From Octopus vulgaris (lineage: Eukaryota): a DNA stretch of 64,000 nt. The notes beneath the pieces are model-generated. The model made no database searches. It was not told the origin of the DNA and saw nothing but the letters and a program-made list of their open reading frames with translations. The stretch covers positions 34,100,001 through 34,164,000 of the forward strand of contig OX597832.1 of assembly GCA_951406725.2 (NCBI GenBank), read 5' to 3'. Each line of letters starts with the position of its first letter. Within the stretch, counting starts at the first letter, position 1. A program made the position numbers and the translations under genes. This document shows, one piece after another, positions 1-13,818 of this stretch.

Positions 1-1140
1 ATACCATTCCTATCATTACATAATATATATATATGTATATATATATATAAATATATAGACGCAAGCACGTAGATGCACACACACAAAAGTAAACTTTCAG
101 GTGTAAAACAATGTGAGAAAAAAGTGTACTTGAATAACAAAAGTGAAGCAAAATACTGTTTTGTTAAAGCTAAAAACAATTTCTGACAAAGTGTTACTCA
201 AACGTTCACAGATATAATAATACAGATTCTATATTATTAGTATTTTCTGATAAACGATTATATGTAACTCTGATTAACAGTTCGTGAAACTCTTTTCGCA
301 AATGATTGATGAGGCCTCATGCAAATTAAATTTTCGTAGGCTCGCCAAATAAGTTATATAAACCTAGCACATAATGTTCATTGAACTTGGTGAGATAGGT
401 TCGTTTGATGAGTCTACGAATGTTTATGCTGCATAGAACCGAATCGAACTCTGGTCCAAAAATATATGTAAATATATGTAATGTGTTGAATGCCCCCTTC
501 TTTCGTTGTTCCACTCATTTGTAAACATATATGTGTATGTGTGTGCATGTATGTGTATATATGCATAGGTAGTGCAGTGGTTACACTTGGTTGTTCTAAT
601 TTGATGAAAAAAACTCATTTTTGAGAACAGGAAATATATTCTGCGAAAAGCTCGCACAGAACAATGAGTTGGCAATCAATTTTAGAAGCTGGTTTTGGAA
701 TCATTTCTTGAGGGTTGGTCATTTTGTGCAGTGTTGTTTGTTTGTGTGTGTGTTCTGGCAAAATGGGAAGTTGGAAAGGGAATGTGAATGGAAAAGATGA
801 ATAATAGGAACTGAAAATGTAGAATATTTAGCAATGGGGGTCAAGCGGTGAAGGTTAGATGCAGAAATAGAGGGGAATGGCCAGTGGGGCATGGATAGAT
901 TGATCCCTCAAACCCAATATATTATACACACAAACACATCAACTCCTCCCAAACTTTGCCAATGATAAGTTCACTTCCTCCATACACACATATATATATA
1001 TACGTATATACACACACACACATATATATATATACATATACACGCACACACACACACGCATATATATATATATACATATATATATACACACACACACATA
1101 TATATATATATATACATATACACACGCACGCACACACACG

Positions 1141-1184
<44 letters not shown>

Positions 1185-1189
<5 letters not shown>

Positions 1190-1667
1190 CTTAGATATGT
1201 TTCGACCAAAGATTGGTCCAGGCCATGTCTAACTTAATAGCACCACCTGATAGGATTATTTGAATCCTGTTTAAATCAAGTTTTGTTTATGGTCCATTCA
1301 AGTAGTGAGTTTTTGTTGGGTGAGTTGTATCCAATTATGGCTGGCTTAACTGGTATTCCTTGAAGGAATCTATCCAGACTCCGTTTAAAATTGATGGGAT
1401 CCTTTTCGTCTTTGATCTCCCTCGGGACAATGTTAAATAGGGCAGGGCCTGTTGAGGAAAACAAATTATGTTGCAGTGTACATGTATGTTGTGATCTTGA
1501 ATTGGGCAGGGAACGTATGGCCCGTGGTCCAAGTCTTGGATGAACCTTGAAGCTAATGTTTAGGTCGTTTGGGCAAAGTTGGCGGTATATTTTCCACATC
1601 GTACAAATGATGTACCGCTCACGGCGACGCTGGAGGGAGTAAAGTTTCAAGGCTTTAAGGCGATCCC

Positions 1668-1670
<3 letters not shown>
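1185..1670 (-). mobile_element. 3' end of a CR1/L2-group LINE (ORF2 C-terminus plus 3'UTR), 5'-truncated
   Basis: ORF 1276..1707 reads WDRLKALKLYSLQRRRERYIICTMWKI...GPALFNIVPREIKD...FKRSLDRFLQGIP, typical of CR1-type ORF2 C-termini. The short 3'UTR has a GACCA-atctt-TGGTC hairpin and runs into (TA)n. Confidence 0.85.
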
Positions 1671-1710
<40 letters not shown>

Positions 1711-2451
1711 TATATATATATATATATATATGTTATTTATAATCTTATATAGTGTTCACACGCGCATGTTTTACTTAAAATTTACTAATTATGTCCGCCT
1801 GTTATTTGATGTAGGAAAACGCCTGCAGTGTTAATCATTGCTTTATACCGATGTAGATTCGACCGAAGTCTCCAGACGTGTGATGTCACTTCATTTAAGA
1901 ATCCTACAATCAATCTGTCTTCATTAATTTTCCTTCCTCATTCAAATGATAAGGAATGAAAACCTCAAATTCTTTATTGCTCATGACAACAACAAAATTG
2001 CTCTTACGCATCCACAAACCACTCATAGATTCCTAGATACATTTTGCTAAAATAAATGGAAGTCCACAGCTTCGAACGCATGTCAGCATAAATCAGTTCA
2101 TTGCAGGTGAACGTAGAGGAGTGTAAACAATAACAACTGCTGTAGCGCCAGCAGAGACAGTAACAGCAGCAGCCGCAGCAGTAGCGATTTTATAGCAACA
2201 GCAGCAGCAGCGATGACCTGGCTTTCATCTATGCGACAGTAATAATCATTAATAATATTTCTAATCGGAAATCAATAACTGCAGATATGCCGTCAATGAT
2301 GTTATGTGATACATTGTCGTTCGATGTGTAACCACGTAGGATATATGCACTTCCGTCCACAATGTTGCTACATGTTAAAGACACACATACACACAGGCAC
2401 TAACACATCAATGCATGTGTGTCACTACATGGTTAAGCATTTTATACATAC

Positions 2452-2484
<33 letters not shown>

Positions 2485-2818
2485 TATATACGTGTATGTA
2501 TGTGTATATAGAGAATTCAAAATTGGTGGACGTTACGAGGAGACACAAGGGTCGATACACACACACTCACACACATATATACATATATATATATATGTGT
2601 GTGTGTGTGTGTTTGCATGCACACACACACATATCTGCATTTATATACATCTTCATACATATAAACATACACTCGTACGTATGTATGCATACTGTTTTCT
2701 AATTTAGCTATATATATATATATATATACATAATATATAGATAGCGAATAGAAGAGGGAAGATTTCATTCATATCCCAAAATTCTTTTATTTGAAAATTT
2801 TCTACAGCATATACATCT

Positions 2819-2903
2819 GACCCACATATGTTTCAACTGCATTGATTGCACATTGCTTTATATGCAATTATGCATTCTAGTCGTTGCAATTTCATCAAGG
2901 GTC
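2819..2903 (-). ncRNA. Degenerate type I hammerhead-ribozyme-like motif (Penelope-type)
   Basis: Minus strand reads gaccc-TTGATGA-aattgca...tgcagtt-GAAAC-atat-GT-gggtc. Stem I is 5 bp, stem II 7 bp, stem III the palindrome ACATATGT. C3 is T and H17 is missing. Confidence 0.55.
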
Positions 2904-2923
2904 CATCACTCACAAATTATTCC

Positions 2924-2966
<43 letters not shown>

Positions 2967-3673
2967 GTCAGTTAATTCAGCAGAAGCAGTCATTTCAGGA
3001 CTCCATGTGTTTATGCTATCTGGTCGGAAACGTGCACTTCTGAATCCCAAGCGTTGAAACCTCTGAAAAACAGAAGCAGAAATGCTAATTAGTCAACAAC
3101 CAAAACGACACCAACGTTAAGCGGAGCTGACTGAATACCGTGTGAACCGAGGGGCATTTATCGCCCCCAGTTGATCTATACAAGTTTCGAACTAAGATAT
3201 AAAGAGGATGTGACAAAATACCGAAAATCTGGATATTCATTGTCCAATTAACCACGAAAGAATAAACAGATCAAAACTCACCTCAAGGAACGACATCAAT
3301 AATATAAAATGGTATCGATATCTCAATGTGTATTGAAACTGAGCAAATTTTAAAATTCAGTTTCGATTATATGAAGAGTTTGTGGCGTGATCTCTCTTAC
3401 ATTACATTTGGAGCTTTGCTGAAGAGCTGTCCAATAACAGACACATACAGAATATATTTCAAGACATATCCTTTGCTGCCCAGAAAGGAAAGACACGTTC
3501 AGCGACGCAATCCCGAATGTATTAAATGCTGAACAATGTTATCGAGGGGAGTTGAAGGACAGAAAGGATTGAAAAGGGACCGAAGAGCGGCAGCAGGATC
3601 GTTAGATTACGCGTATGTTTACGAAAATGCACAGACACATAAACGGTATATCTATGGTTTAGTCTTTCTTCCG

Positions 3674-3707
<34 letters not shown>

Positions 3708-3765
3708 ATATACATGTATGTATATATGTATGTATCTATGTATATATAAGTATATACATGTGTAG

Positions 3766-4155
3766 GTGGAGGCGCAATGGCCCAGTGGTTAGGGCAGCGG
3801 ACTCGCGGTCATAGGATCGCGGTTTCGATTCCCAGACCGGGCGTCGTGAGTGTTTATTGAGCGAAAACACCTAAAAGCTTCACGAGGCTCCGGCAGGGGA
3901 TGGTGGTGATCCCTGCTGTACTCTTTCATCACAACTTTCCCTCACTCTTACTTCCTGTTTCTGTTGTACCTGTATTTCAAGGGGCCGGCCTTGTCACTCT
4001 CTGTGTCACGCTGAATATCCCCGAGAACTACGTTAAGGGTGCACGTGTCTGTGGAGTGCTCAGCCACTTACACGTTAATTTCACGAGCAGGCTGTTCCGT
4101 TGATTCGGATCAACCGGAACCCTCATCGTCGTAACCGACGGAGTGCTTCCATACC
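3766..4155 (+). mobile_element. Full-length tRNA-derived SINE with 12-bp target-site duplication
   Basis: A-box TGGCCCAGTGG and B-box-like GGTTTCGATTCC. Exact TSD ATACATGTGTAG at 3754-3765 and 4156-4167. Head shared with 42897-43090. Confidence 0.9.
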
Positions 4156-4357
4156 ATACATGTGTAGACACGTGCCTCCTTGCAACAATGTAAACTTTTA
4201 TTTAATCAATATGCCCTTGGCCTGACGAGTAGCCTGCAGTATGGAGCGCGCTTGGATATATTTACCACTTCCGAGCTAGACCGGATCTTATCTCTTGTAT
4301 GCATATATATGTATGTATATATAAAGATATGTATTTATACATGCATGTGTGCGCGTA

Positions 4358-4394
<37 letters not shown>

Positions 4395-4624
4395 TATTTG
4401 CATACACACACACACAAATATATGTACATATATGGTATGTATATAAATATATATGTACATACATACATATATACATGTGTATAAAGACGTGATATTTTGC
4501 GACTTTATTAAAGAGGAAGTAATAAGCATGAAAGCGTGAAAGAGTGAAATATCACCATCGGCAATTTTAAAATGATATTGGCATCATCAATATATACACA
4601 TTTATACACGCATCTATCTATCTA

Positions 4625-4664
<40 letters not shown>

Positions 4665-5039
4665 GACACAAACACGAAGATGTAGATGGGAATGTGTGAG
4701 TGGATGAATATAAGTGAGTTTGTGGTTGTAAAATATACCAAGTCGATACATGTCAGTATGCATGCTTAACGTTGAAAGCTATATAAACAGGAATGTTATA
4801 AATGGCGACGATTCATGAGAGACATACATAACAAGACACAGATAAATAAACATAAAGCGATACAGTGGCTGGCTATTTATGCAGGTCTGTATCACTTAAT
4901 AACCATATATATGTGTAGACGGACGGACACAGATTCTTATACAAAAATTTTGTTGAAAGTAACTTTGCAGTTTCGGCCAGCTAACCTATCGTCGGACTAC
5001 GGCACATTAGATTAACCCAAGAGATTAATGTAAAATTGT

Positions 5040-5155
5040 TTTTATTATACGGGATGTTGAAATTTCAATGAAGACACCTTGGATCTAGGTTAGAACCCTT
5101 TTCTTTCTCTACTGGCAAAAAAATCTTGAAATAAAAGTGAATAATGACAAACATA
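5040..5155 (+). repeat. Dispersed repeat, same family as 31395-31535 (opposite strand)
   Basis: gatgttgaaatttcaatgaag...tggcaaaaaatcttgaaataaaagtgaataatgaca aligns to the reverse complement of 31395-31530. Confidence 0.7.
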
Positions 5156-5269
5156 CATGCGTAAGAATTAATTCACGTGTGCACTGGCGCTTCTGTAAAC
5201 TTTGCATGTGCGTATATAGGCTTGTGCGTGTGTGTTTGTAAGCATATGTGTGTGTGTGTGTGCGTGTGC

Positions 5270-5372
5270 GTGCATCTTTGTCCCCCAGCACATATTGAAA
5301 ACAAGAGTTGGTGTGTTTACATCCCCGTTTGCTAGCGGTTCAGCAAAAGAAACCAATAAAATACGCACTGGA
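5270..5372 (+). mobile_element. Fragment of the SINE family seen at 13031-13425
   Basis: ttgtccccc...gttggtgtgtttacatccccg...tagcggttcagcaaaaga matches 13230-13310. Confidence 0.7.
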
Positions 5373-5374
5373 AT

Positions 5375-5858
5375 TCAACTCTGCCGCCTACATTGAAGTC
5401 CTGGAAATGATTAAGCCCTAGATAGACTGTGTATGCAATGGAAGGCCATATGTGTTTCAGTAAGACTCTGCACTATCTCACATGGCTCTAGTAGCATAGG
5501 AATGAATGGCTGAAAATTTTCATGATCACATAACCCCTAACATTTGGCCTTCTAATTTCCCATATCTCAATCCATTGGACTGTTACATGTCGAGCGTTGT
5601 TGAGAGAGAGGTTAAGGAACATGTCCATAACACCAAAGATTATTTGAGTGCTGCTATAGTCAGAGTAATGTCCAAAATGAACCGGGACCACATGATTCGA
5701 GCATTTAGATCTCATATAGAAGCAGCTGTTTTTATTGAATAACTTTATAACAGGTTTTTTTTTTATATTCATAGAATTTTTTGATAAAGTTATTATTTGT
5801 TATTATATGCTTTCTTTTTATAAACCTAAATCTGTGCTCAAATATCTTACGCACCCTG
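5375..5858 (+). mobile_element. 3' part of a Tc1/mariner (maT/DD37D-like) transposon, pseudogenised
   Basis: Translation gives RPYVFQ*DSALSH...MAENFHDHITPNIWPSNFPYLNPLDCY, a decayed QQD.AP.H and WPPNSPDLNPLDY. The end CACCCTG-TA resembles a TIR end with a TA target. Confidence 0.8.
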
Positions 5859-5901
5859 TATATATATATATGCAGTAGACCCTCCTATATAAATCAATCT
5901 A

Positions 5902-5941
<40 letters not shown>

Positions 5942-6269
5942 CAATGGAATTCTAACTTAATCGGATATCTAAGCCACATATTGACTGGTCAAGATACAGT
6001 TCGTAAGATTCAATCTGCTGGAGCCAATCGGAGAGTTTTTAAAGGATAAATTCAACATTTTCCCAACAGTCAGTTGTGGAACACGACTTTCACTGCATAA
6101 TTGCACTGATGATTACATTACGCATAAAAGTACTAGTTTATCTCAATATTGTAAAAGTGTAAAATTTGAAATAATAAACGTGAAAATGAGACTAAGTTGG
6201 AATTTCATTGTTTAATGTATTCTTCTATACACGATCGAACAAACTCGAATATATATATATATATAATTT

Positions 6270-7140
6270 TATAGTAGCATTAGATAAGGATATATTGGAA
6301 CCAAGAATTTATTAAAGAATATTACCTTTCAAGGAATAGACAAGCCACATTTAATCTAACATAAATCTCTAAATCTTAAACACTATAAAAAAAATCTAGT
6401 TAGAGCTAGATTCAAGAGTATAACATATTTCCAGTTATCTCTCCTTGAATTCAACCTCTGTAATATTATTAGTCGTCGAAACTTTTTCAGAGTATTTTAT
6501 TTATGTTATTTTCTTAATACTTGACAGAGGGAGCAGCCATTTACACAGGAATGAGAAGGAGTAAACATTATGTCGGTAAGTACCCTTTCTTTGTTATTTT
6601 TTTACTAATTTTATTCAATTAATTTATAACGTATGCAGTGTTTTTTACTAAATAATCTTTTTAGATACTATTAACTTACGTTTGACATTAAAAAAATGGT
6701 AATTTATACTTGTATAGATAGGGGCAAATATTACACTAAATTATTAATTCCCATAATGTTTATATAGATAGGTTGTAGGATTTGATGTGTTTATAATATA
6801 GTCGTCGAGAGTTTCCTTAATGTTAGCATTTTCTATATATATCGGTATTGTAATTTTAGATGTGTAATTTTAAAAATGTTTAAGTTTTAAAATATATTTG
6901 TAATATATAATTTTATATTTTTTATTCATATTCTTATTTTTCTATTTAATATGACTTATAATATGTATTTTTAAATTTGATCCGTTAATAATAATAACAA
7001 TAAGATAAATATCCTGAGGACGCACTGGTGGATTTATGTATTAGGTATAGCCTTAATAAACACTCCACCAGTGCAGAACACTTGTAGCGTTGATTAAAAA
7101 TGCATTCTTTCCCCACAGACTAATAACAGGTAAGTTATAT
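6270..7140 (+). mobile_element. Highly decayed Penelope-like remnant with hammerhead-like motif at 7014-7090
   Basis: CTGAGGA, an 11-bp stem (gcactggtgga/tccaccagtgc), then GAACAC-tt-GTA. The upstream AT-rich sequence only weakly resembles GIY-YIG C-termini. Confidence 0.4.
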
Positions 7141-7588
7141 ATATTTTTCAAATATTTTTTATTGTATTTTATTGTAGGTTTTTTAAATGTTTGTATTATT
7201 TTATTATTTTATTGGATTTAACTTTCTATGTGTATTCCATACTATAAGGTTATCCTGAAATAGGAGTTGCGGTTCTATTGGTAAAATCTCAAATTTGTAA
7301 TAAGTATATATATATAGTTTTCTGAAATTGCTCTTTCTCGAGAAACAACGCACCACAATATGGCGCTGTAATTTTGATAATAGTATTTCTTTCTCATATA
7401 ACAATATTTGAAGTACAGCCGTGCATTAATCTTTACCGTTTCCGGAACACTCTGTCAGCAATGAAATGATTTCTTAATTCTTGGACTCAATTCTCTCTGT
7501 CCTCGTGGGAGCCGGACTAAACTATTTGTGTCACTAATGGATTCAGACCACACCAATCTGTAAGCATAAACGCATGTGAATGCATTCG

Positions 7589-7631
<43 letters not shown>

Positions 7632-7741
7632 GTTTGTATGTATATTCACACACAAGGTCGCACATTTTGTGTGTATACATCTATGCACACACATACACAC
7701 AAATACATCACACACACACACACACACATATACATACATAC

Positions 7742-7796
<55 letters not shown>

Positions 7797-8245
7797 CATA
7801 TAAATGTATAAACACACATAAAGAAATGGGTAGTCAGGCAAATAGATGGACAGAGAGACAGACAGAAAGTCAGACAGGCGGACAGACTGACTGATATGTC
7901 TCTGAGCAGTGTGAGTTCTGTACAATCTTCGAAAATATAGGCCGTGTTTACTGTGCTTGGTGCCGTGCATGCACACTCTGAAATCTTTTAAGATAGAGAT
8001 ACATTAAGCATTACATACACACAGACACATACACACATACACAGCAAAACTCACACAGACACTCCTATACACAGACACATTTGTGTATTTTATATATCAT
8101 ACAATTTGTATGCATTTGCGTTCATATCTTTATATATACGTTTATGTATAATCGGAAATATAAACCTATATACAATTGCATATAAATATATATATATATA
8201 TATATCTGTGTGCGCATATATATATATATGCATACATACTTTCAT

Positions 8246-8326
<81 letters not shown>

Positions 8327-8874
8327 TAAATTCATCCATACACACATACATACATGTAGAAACTCACGGCCAGAATAACTAAAGTACAAAAAACACTCCT
8401 CCACGCGTTACATTTTCTGTGCGTATACATATACACTCACGCACACACAAACACACGCGTATACGTACACACACACACTCACACTCATGTTGTCTATATT
8501 TGTCCAATTGCATGCCTGTATGTGCATTTATATACGTGTGTATGTCTGTAAGTAGTCTATAACCTATATTCAAATACCAAAAACATTAAAAGAAAAAACA
8601 AAAGAAATAAAGCCAAACACGTGGTGACCTCATCTCGGTGACCTTATCAGATAGCCAATGACCTATTGACCCAACCTTGTGAATTTGGTAATGTTTCAGA
8701 AAGAAGCATTAATGCTTATCTTGGTCTTTCCATAGAGAAATATTATTAGATTCATCTCCTGGCAGCTACGTTTCCTTATCATACCAGCCTTTCTTCCTCC
8801 GTTTCTCCCTCTCTTTCACACACTCTCTCTCGTTCCTTCTTTCGCTCTCAAATTTCTTTCTCTCTCTCTCTCTT

Positions 8875-8906
<32 letters not shown>

Positions 8907-9129
8907 CCTCCCTCTCTGTACGTATCTCTGTTTACATCTATTTAGTCAGATAGCCATCTTACTGTCTTTTTATCCCTTCATCTGTAGCAATATTCCGCCA
9001 TACATCTGATTTGCAGTCTTTCTCTCTCTTTCTCTAAAGTTATGTCTTTTATTCCTCCACCTCTGTCACTCTCTCCCCTTCTCTCTCTCTCTCTCTTTCA
9101 ATCAATGCATCTATCTATATACCGAGCTA

Positions 9130-9182
<53 letters not shown>

Positions 9183-9968
9183 CTCTCTATATATATATAT
9201 ATAACTCTGTAAATATACACACATACAGACACGCAGATACAAACACATACACATATACCACGGGGGGACACATATACACATATTTATACATATATACACA
9301 GGCAAATTCATATATTTATACATATACTTATATACACATATACATATCTATGCATGCATGCATGCATATATACATATATACATACATAAATACGTACGTA
9401 CATCCATACACATATATTCATATACATATATACATGCATCAATAATAGAAATATATATAATAGATACATGCACGCATACATGCTCACTATATTTGCCTAC
9501 ACACAAGGATGCATACATATACACACACACTCATACATACGCACACCCATACATGCATATATACGTACATACGTACATAAATGGAAACACACATATACAT
9601 GCCATAAAGTGGCGTTTCATTACACTTGGAAAACTATGCACCTGTAATCCAAGATCACGAACCTGCTACAAAATACCTGAGAAAAAAGTGATAGGGAAAT
9701 CTTGGAGAACCAAGATACAACCGATATATATATATATATATTATGTTATGTTTTTGTGGTACTAGCTCCCTATTTTTAAACATACCACATTCATAAGTAA
9801 TGTTATATTCGGAGGAATACCGAAATAAATGTACCTTCCAAAGAAGTATTTACAATAAGCATGATATATAGATTGCTGTATTAATATAATACTGCTTTGT
9901 TTAGACACGCGCGCACGCTCACTCACACACATACACACATACATATATACATACATGCATGCATACAC

Positions 9969-10011
<43 letters not shown>

Positions 10012-10012
<1 letters not shown>

Positions 10013-10170
10013 TGATCACTTTTACCGACCAGACTGTCGGGCATCGTTACGACACCACTGGTCACAGCACGACGTCCATTCTTCTCTGGATCATGCCTAC
10101 CTCATCCATGTAGCTCCAAGCCATTGTTGCATTTCATCAACCCACCGTAATAGAGGCCTTCCGCTCATGC
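10012..10170 (-). mobile_element. 3' terminus of an RTE-clade LINE
   Basis: Minus translation SGRPLLRWVDEMQQWLGATWMR*A*SREEW matches the RTE C-terminal GRP..RW.D...W...A.DR..W motif. Followed by a stem-loop and (TA)n. Confidence 0.75.
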
Positions 10171-10693
10171 AGATATCATTCGACAGCTGCACGAGTCCAC
10201 GAATTGTCGGTGAAGCGAACGAGGTGTCTTTGAAAGAAACAGGAAATTGACTGAGATGACAAATCGATAATACCAAGGAAATTTTCCATCCACCCTTCTC
10301 TCTGGCTCCTGCTCAATAATCAAACCCCTACTTTTTACGTGAAGGGATTACGAAACTTGTGGGACCTAATATCTTTACGTTCGCCCGACATGCACATTAT
10401 CATGAAAACCAATTGTGAGATACATTTGGAAGATATACTGTAAACTGTAAAACTGTCAAGCATTAAGGTCAGTATGAACTTTTATGCAGAGAAATGTGCC
10501 AAAAGGGCCACACAATCCTGGCAATCCAATAAATGCTAATAAAATCAATGAAAAAAGAATTAAGTTGGGAACGGAGAAGCATTGTCCACAGCTGGGAATC
10601 AATGATGGCGGAAAAGTTGGCAAGATACCAAATTGCAGATTCAATACGAAATAAGTAATAAGTATGTATATTTACGCGCATATATATACATGC

Positions 10694-10730
<37 letters not shown>

Positions 10731-11869
10731 TGTACATATGTACGTACATATATATATATATATATGCATGTACATATGTACGTACATATATATATATATA
10801 TATATATATAAGCACGTATAGATATACATATATATATATACACGCCCATACACACACACATATATATATATATATATGTATCCGGTGGCGATCAAACATG
10901 ATACAGATGAATGAGCCTAACTGGAAAACTGATGGAGGTAATAAACTCTGTGGTGTCGTTTATGGCCGCCAGTCTCAGCAGTAAACCGCAGTTTCATTGC
11001 AATAAAATAGACGTCGGAAGACATCCTGAAATTAAAAAAAATAAAACCCGTAACCTAAAAGCTATTAACAAAATTCAACTTTTCGTCGAAAGATGACACA
11101 CTCTAAATTTGTATTCAAAGTCGAGAATGATGAAAACGAGCGGCTGTGGTTACAGGGGGTTTATGAGAATTCGAAACGTAGACACAGTGACTGCTTTTAG
11201 ATATTTCAGTGGCGTTAGTGACACCGGTTCTTAAAGTCACTGGAGTTAATTACTCAGTTGCTATCTAAATTAAATATGAAGAACATGAACTTAACTGTTA
11301 GTGGAGTACGCTATGTTTCCTATACACTCGAGTGTGAAAGACCTTCTCAGAAAAACTTTCTCCTTGCAGATAGCGTCTGTAAAACTTCCTCGCACTGACC
11401 CTGGTTTTCGACACCATACCGTCTGACAAGTGCCTCGGCATGAAGAACTTCTTCAGTGTCATACACTACCTAAGTTGCTCATAGCAAGCGAAGAATATCT
11501 TTTCTTATATACCAACAGTCAAAAATACATCTATCGCGAGATGAGACTTAGTCAAGCTCTAAGTTATTTATATTGACGAAGTATGGATGATCAAAATGAC
11601 AATATGTAGATTTATAATTTAATTCTCTCCTATACACTAGAATGTGGAAGGTATTCGCTGTGGACACTTGTCTCGGTAAAAGAAAGATTTCGCGCATAAA
11701 TAACTCACGGAGCCGGGCTCTGAACAACGTGAGCAATATACGTATTTCAGCGTGCTTACAACTCCGCAGCTGCAGACAATTACCTCAATTGCTCATAGTG
11801 TGCCTAATACGCACCAGGTGGAACTATATAGTGTACCGTAAAATAAATGTATGATTTTAACCGCCATTT

Positions 11870-13784
11870 TTTCACGTGCTTATAATCTGTGTGCCTTGGG
11901 GATGAGCTGTGGTTTGTTGTGATGCTCTTATTTTTACTCTATTGAAATTGTTTTACATAGGATGTTTGCGGTGCCTATTAGTGCTATTTTCTCTATGGTA
12001 CATATACTTGTAGTCCTGGTGCTTTTTTGTTGAGTATTCGTCTTTTTTTTTTTATCATACTTAATGCACCTAGTATAATAGGAATTTTCTGTTTTTAGAC
12101 TTCGAGTTACCTCTGTTTCCAGATCTTAGTATTTTGAAAGTTACTCCGTTTCTTTTAGAGAGACATTGTCGGCTTTTGATATTGATACAGCAATTAGAAG
12201 CAATTCTTTTTCTTGGTGATCTCCGACAACTGTATTTGGCATATTGGCCTTAATTTCCCTATTTGTTTGTATTGGCATATCCCAGAGTATGGTTACTTTC
12301 TCATTTTCTGTAACCTTTTCTGGCGTGTGCCTATACCCTCTTTTTCCTGTTGTCATTCCCATTGTGTTGGCATAGCTTCCAGTGTGTGTAGGTACCAACT
12401 CTGTCGTGCCTGTGAATATATTCCTTCTTAGCAAGGACTGGGCAGCCAGAGATAATATGATTAATTGTTTCTTGTCCATCTCCACATATTCTCCAGTTAC
12501 TTGTATTTCCTCTCATTACATGTTTTTGGTAAATTCTGGTGGGGAGGCTTTGATCTTGTGCTGCAATTAAAAATCCTTCAGTCTCTGCTTTGAGTCCTGA
12601 GCGTCTCAGCCATTGTTGGGAATTTGCTTTGTCTATTTCTTTTCTGTTTTGTTTAACCCAGTATTTATCATGAAGTGACATCTCTCGCCATCGTTTTATC
12701 CGTTGCTGTTCCTGTTTTAGTTTGGATATTAGTTGTTTTACAGCTTTCGCTGTTTCTTCTTTTTCTTCATAGTTGTTTGATTCCATGACTTCTTTTTGAA
12801 TTTGTCATCTTCCTTAAAGACTGAAAATAGTTTGTTTTTTTTATCGTGTTTTGTGGTTATTTGTATTAGTTTTCCTTACTTCTGAAGTATTACAATAATT
12901 TTCGAACTGTATAAGGCCTCTACCATCTTCGTTGTACATGTAGCCTTTCTATGTCAGGTTTTGGGTGGCGCATCCTAAATCCCGTCATTATTTTTCTTGT
13001 TTTTCTGCCTATTTTGATTAATTTATATAGGCGCAGGAGTGGCTGTGTGGTAAGTAGCTTGCTAACCAACCACATGGTTCCGCGTTCAGTCCCACTGCGT
13101 GGCATCTTGGGCAAGTATCTTCTGCTATGGCCCCGGGCCGACCAATGTCTTGTGAGTGGATTTGGTAGACGGAAACTGAAAGAAGCCTGTCGTATATATG
13201 TATATATATATGTGTTTGTGTGTCTGTGTTTGTCCCCCTAGCATTGCTTGACAACTGATGTTGGTCTGTTTACGTCCCCGTCACTTAGCGGTTCGGCAAA
13301 AAGAGACCTATAAAATAAGTACTGGGCTTACAAAGAATAAGTCCCGGGGTCGATTTGCTCGACTAGAGGCGGTGCTCCAGCATGGCCGCAGTCAAATGAT
13401 TGAAACAAGTAAAAAAGAGAAAGAGAGTCCAGTTACGAATATTGTAGATGTAAATTATAACTGGGACGGCTACGGTGTTGATACCTATTATCTTGTTTTT
13501 CCTATTAAGCTCTGTTCTCAGTATTAATCAAACTCGTCTATAGTATTTTCTTTTTATTTTCTCTTTTTCTTTGTGTGTGTTGTATCTAGTTCATTGATTC
13601 CTAAATATCTGTATGTCTCGCTTTGGTATAATTCTCTTATTTCCTTTGCATTATGTAGTGTGATGTTGCTACTCTTAACTAGTTTTCCTCTTTTCAAGGT
13701 TGCTTTGGCACATTTTTCTAAGCCAAATGTCCTGTTTATTTCGTTTGTAAATCCACGTACTGTCTGTAGTAATGTTTCTAACTG

Positions 13785-13790
<6 letters not shown>
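11870..13790 (-). mobile_element. 5'-truncated R4/Dong-like non-LTR retrotransposon (RT end, CCHC knuckle, RLE endonuclease), interrupted by a SINE
   Basis: ORF pieces FGLEKCAKATLKRGK, YRYLGI, GLKAETEGFLIAAQDQSL, RICGDGQETINHIISGCPVLAKKEYIHRHDRVG and ILWDMPIQTNREIKAN. The 5' junction abuts (TAA)n at about 13787-13818. Confidence 0.88.
13031..13425 (+). mobile_element. Full-length tRNA-derived SINE nested in the R4/Dong-like LINE
   Basis: tRNA-like head (TGGCTGTGTGG...GTTCAGTCCC), CTTGGGCAAGT core-like motif, internal microsatellite and A-rich tail. Removing it restores the LINE frame (RNWTLYKLIKIGRK). Further fragments at 40000-40290, 47620-47810, 48135-48280, 50870-50970 and 59270-59390. 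Confidence 0.85.

Positions 13791-13818
<28 letters not shown>

Noticed and set aside
3766-3840. Possible tRNA gene
   Set aside because: It is the tRNA-derived head of a SINE: it continues into body and tail, is bounded by a TSD and has no T-run terminator.
11390-11462. CTGAAGA...GAAAA...GTC hammerhead-like spacing on the minus strand
   Set aside because: Stems I and II do not pair convincingly.
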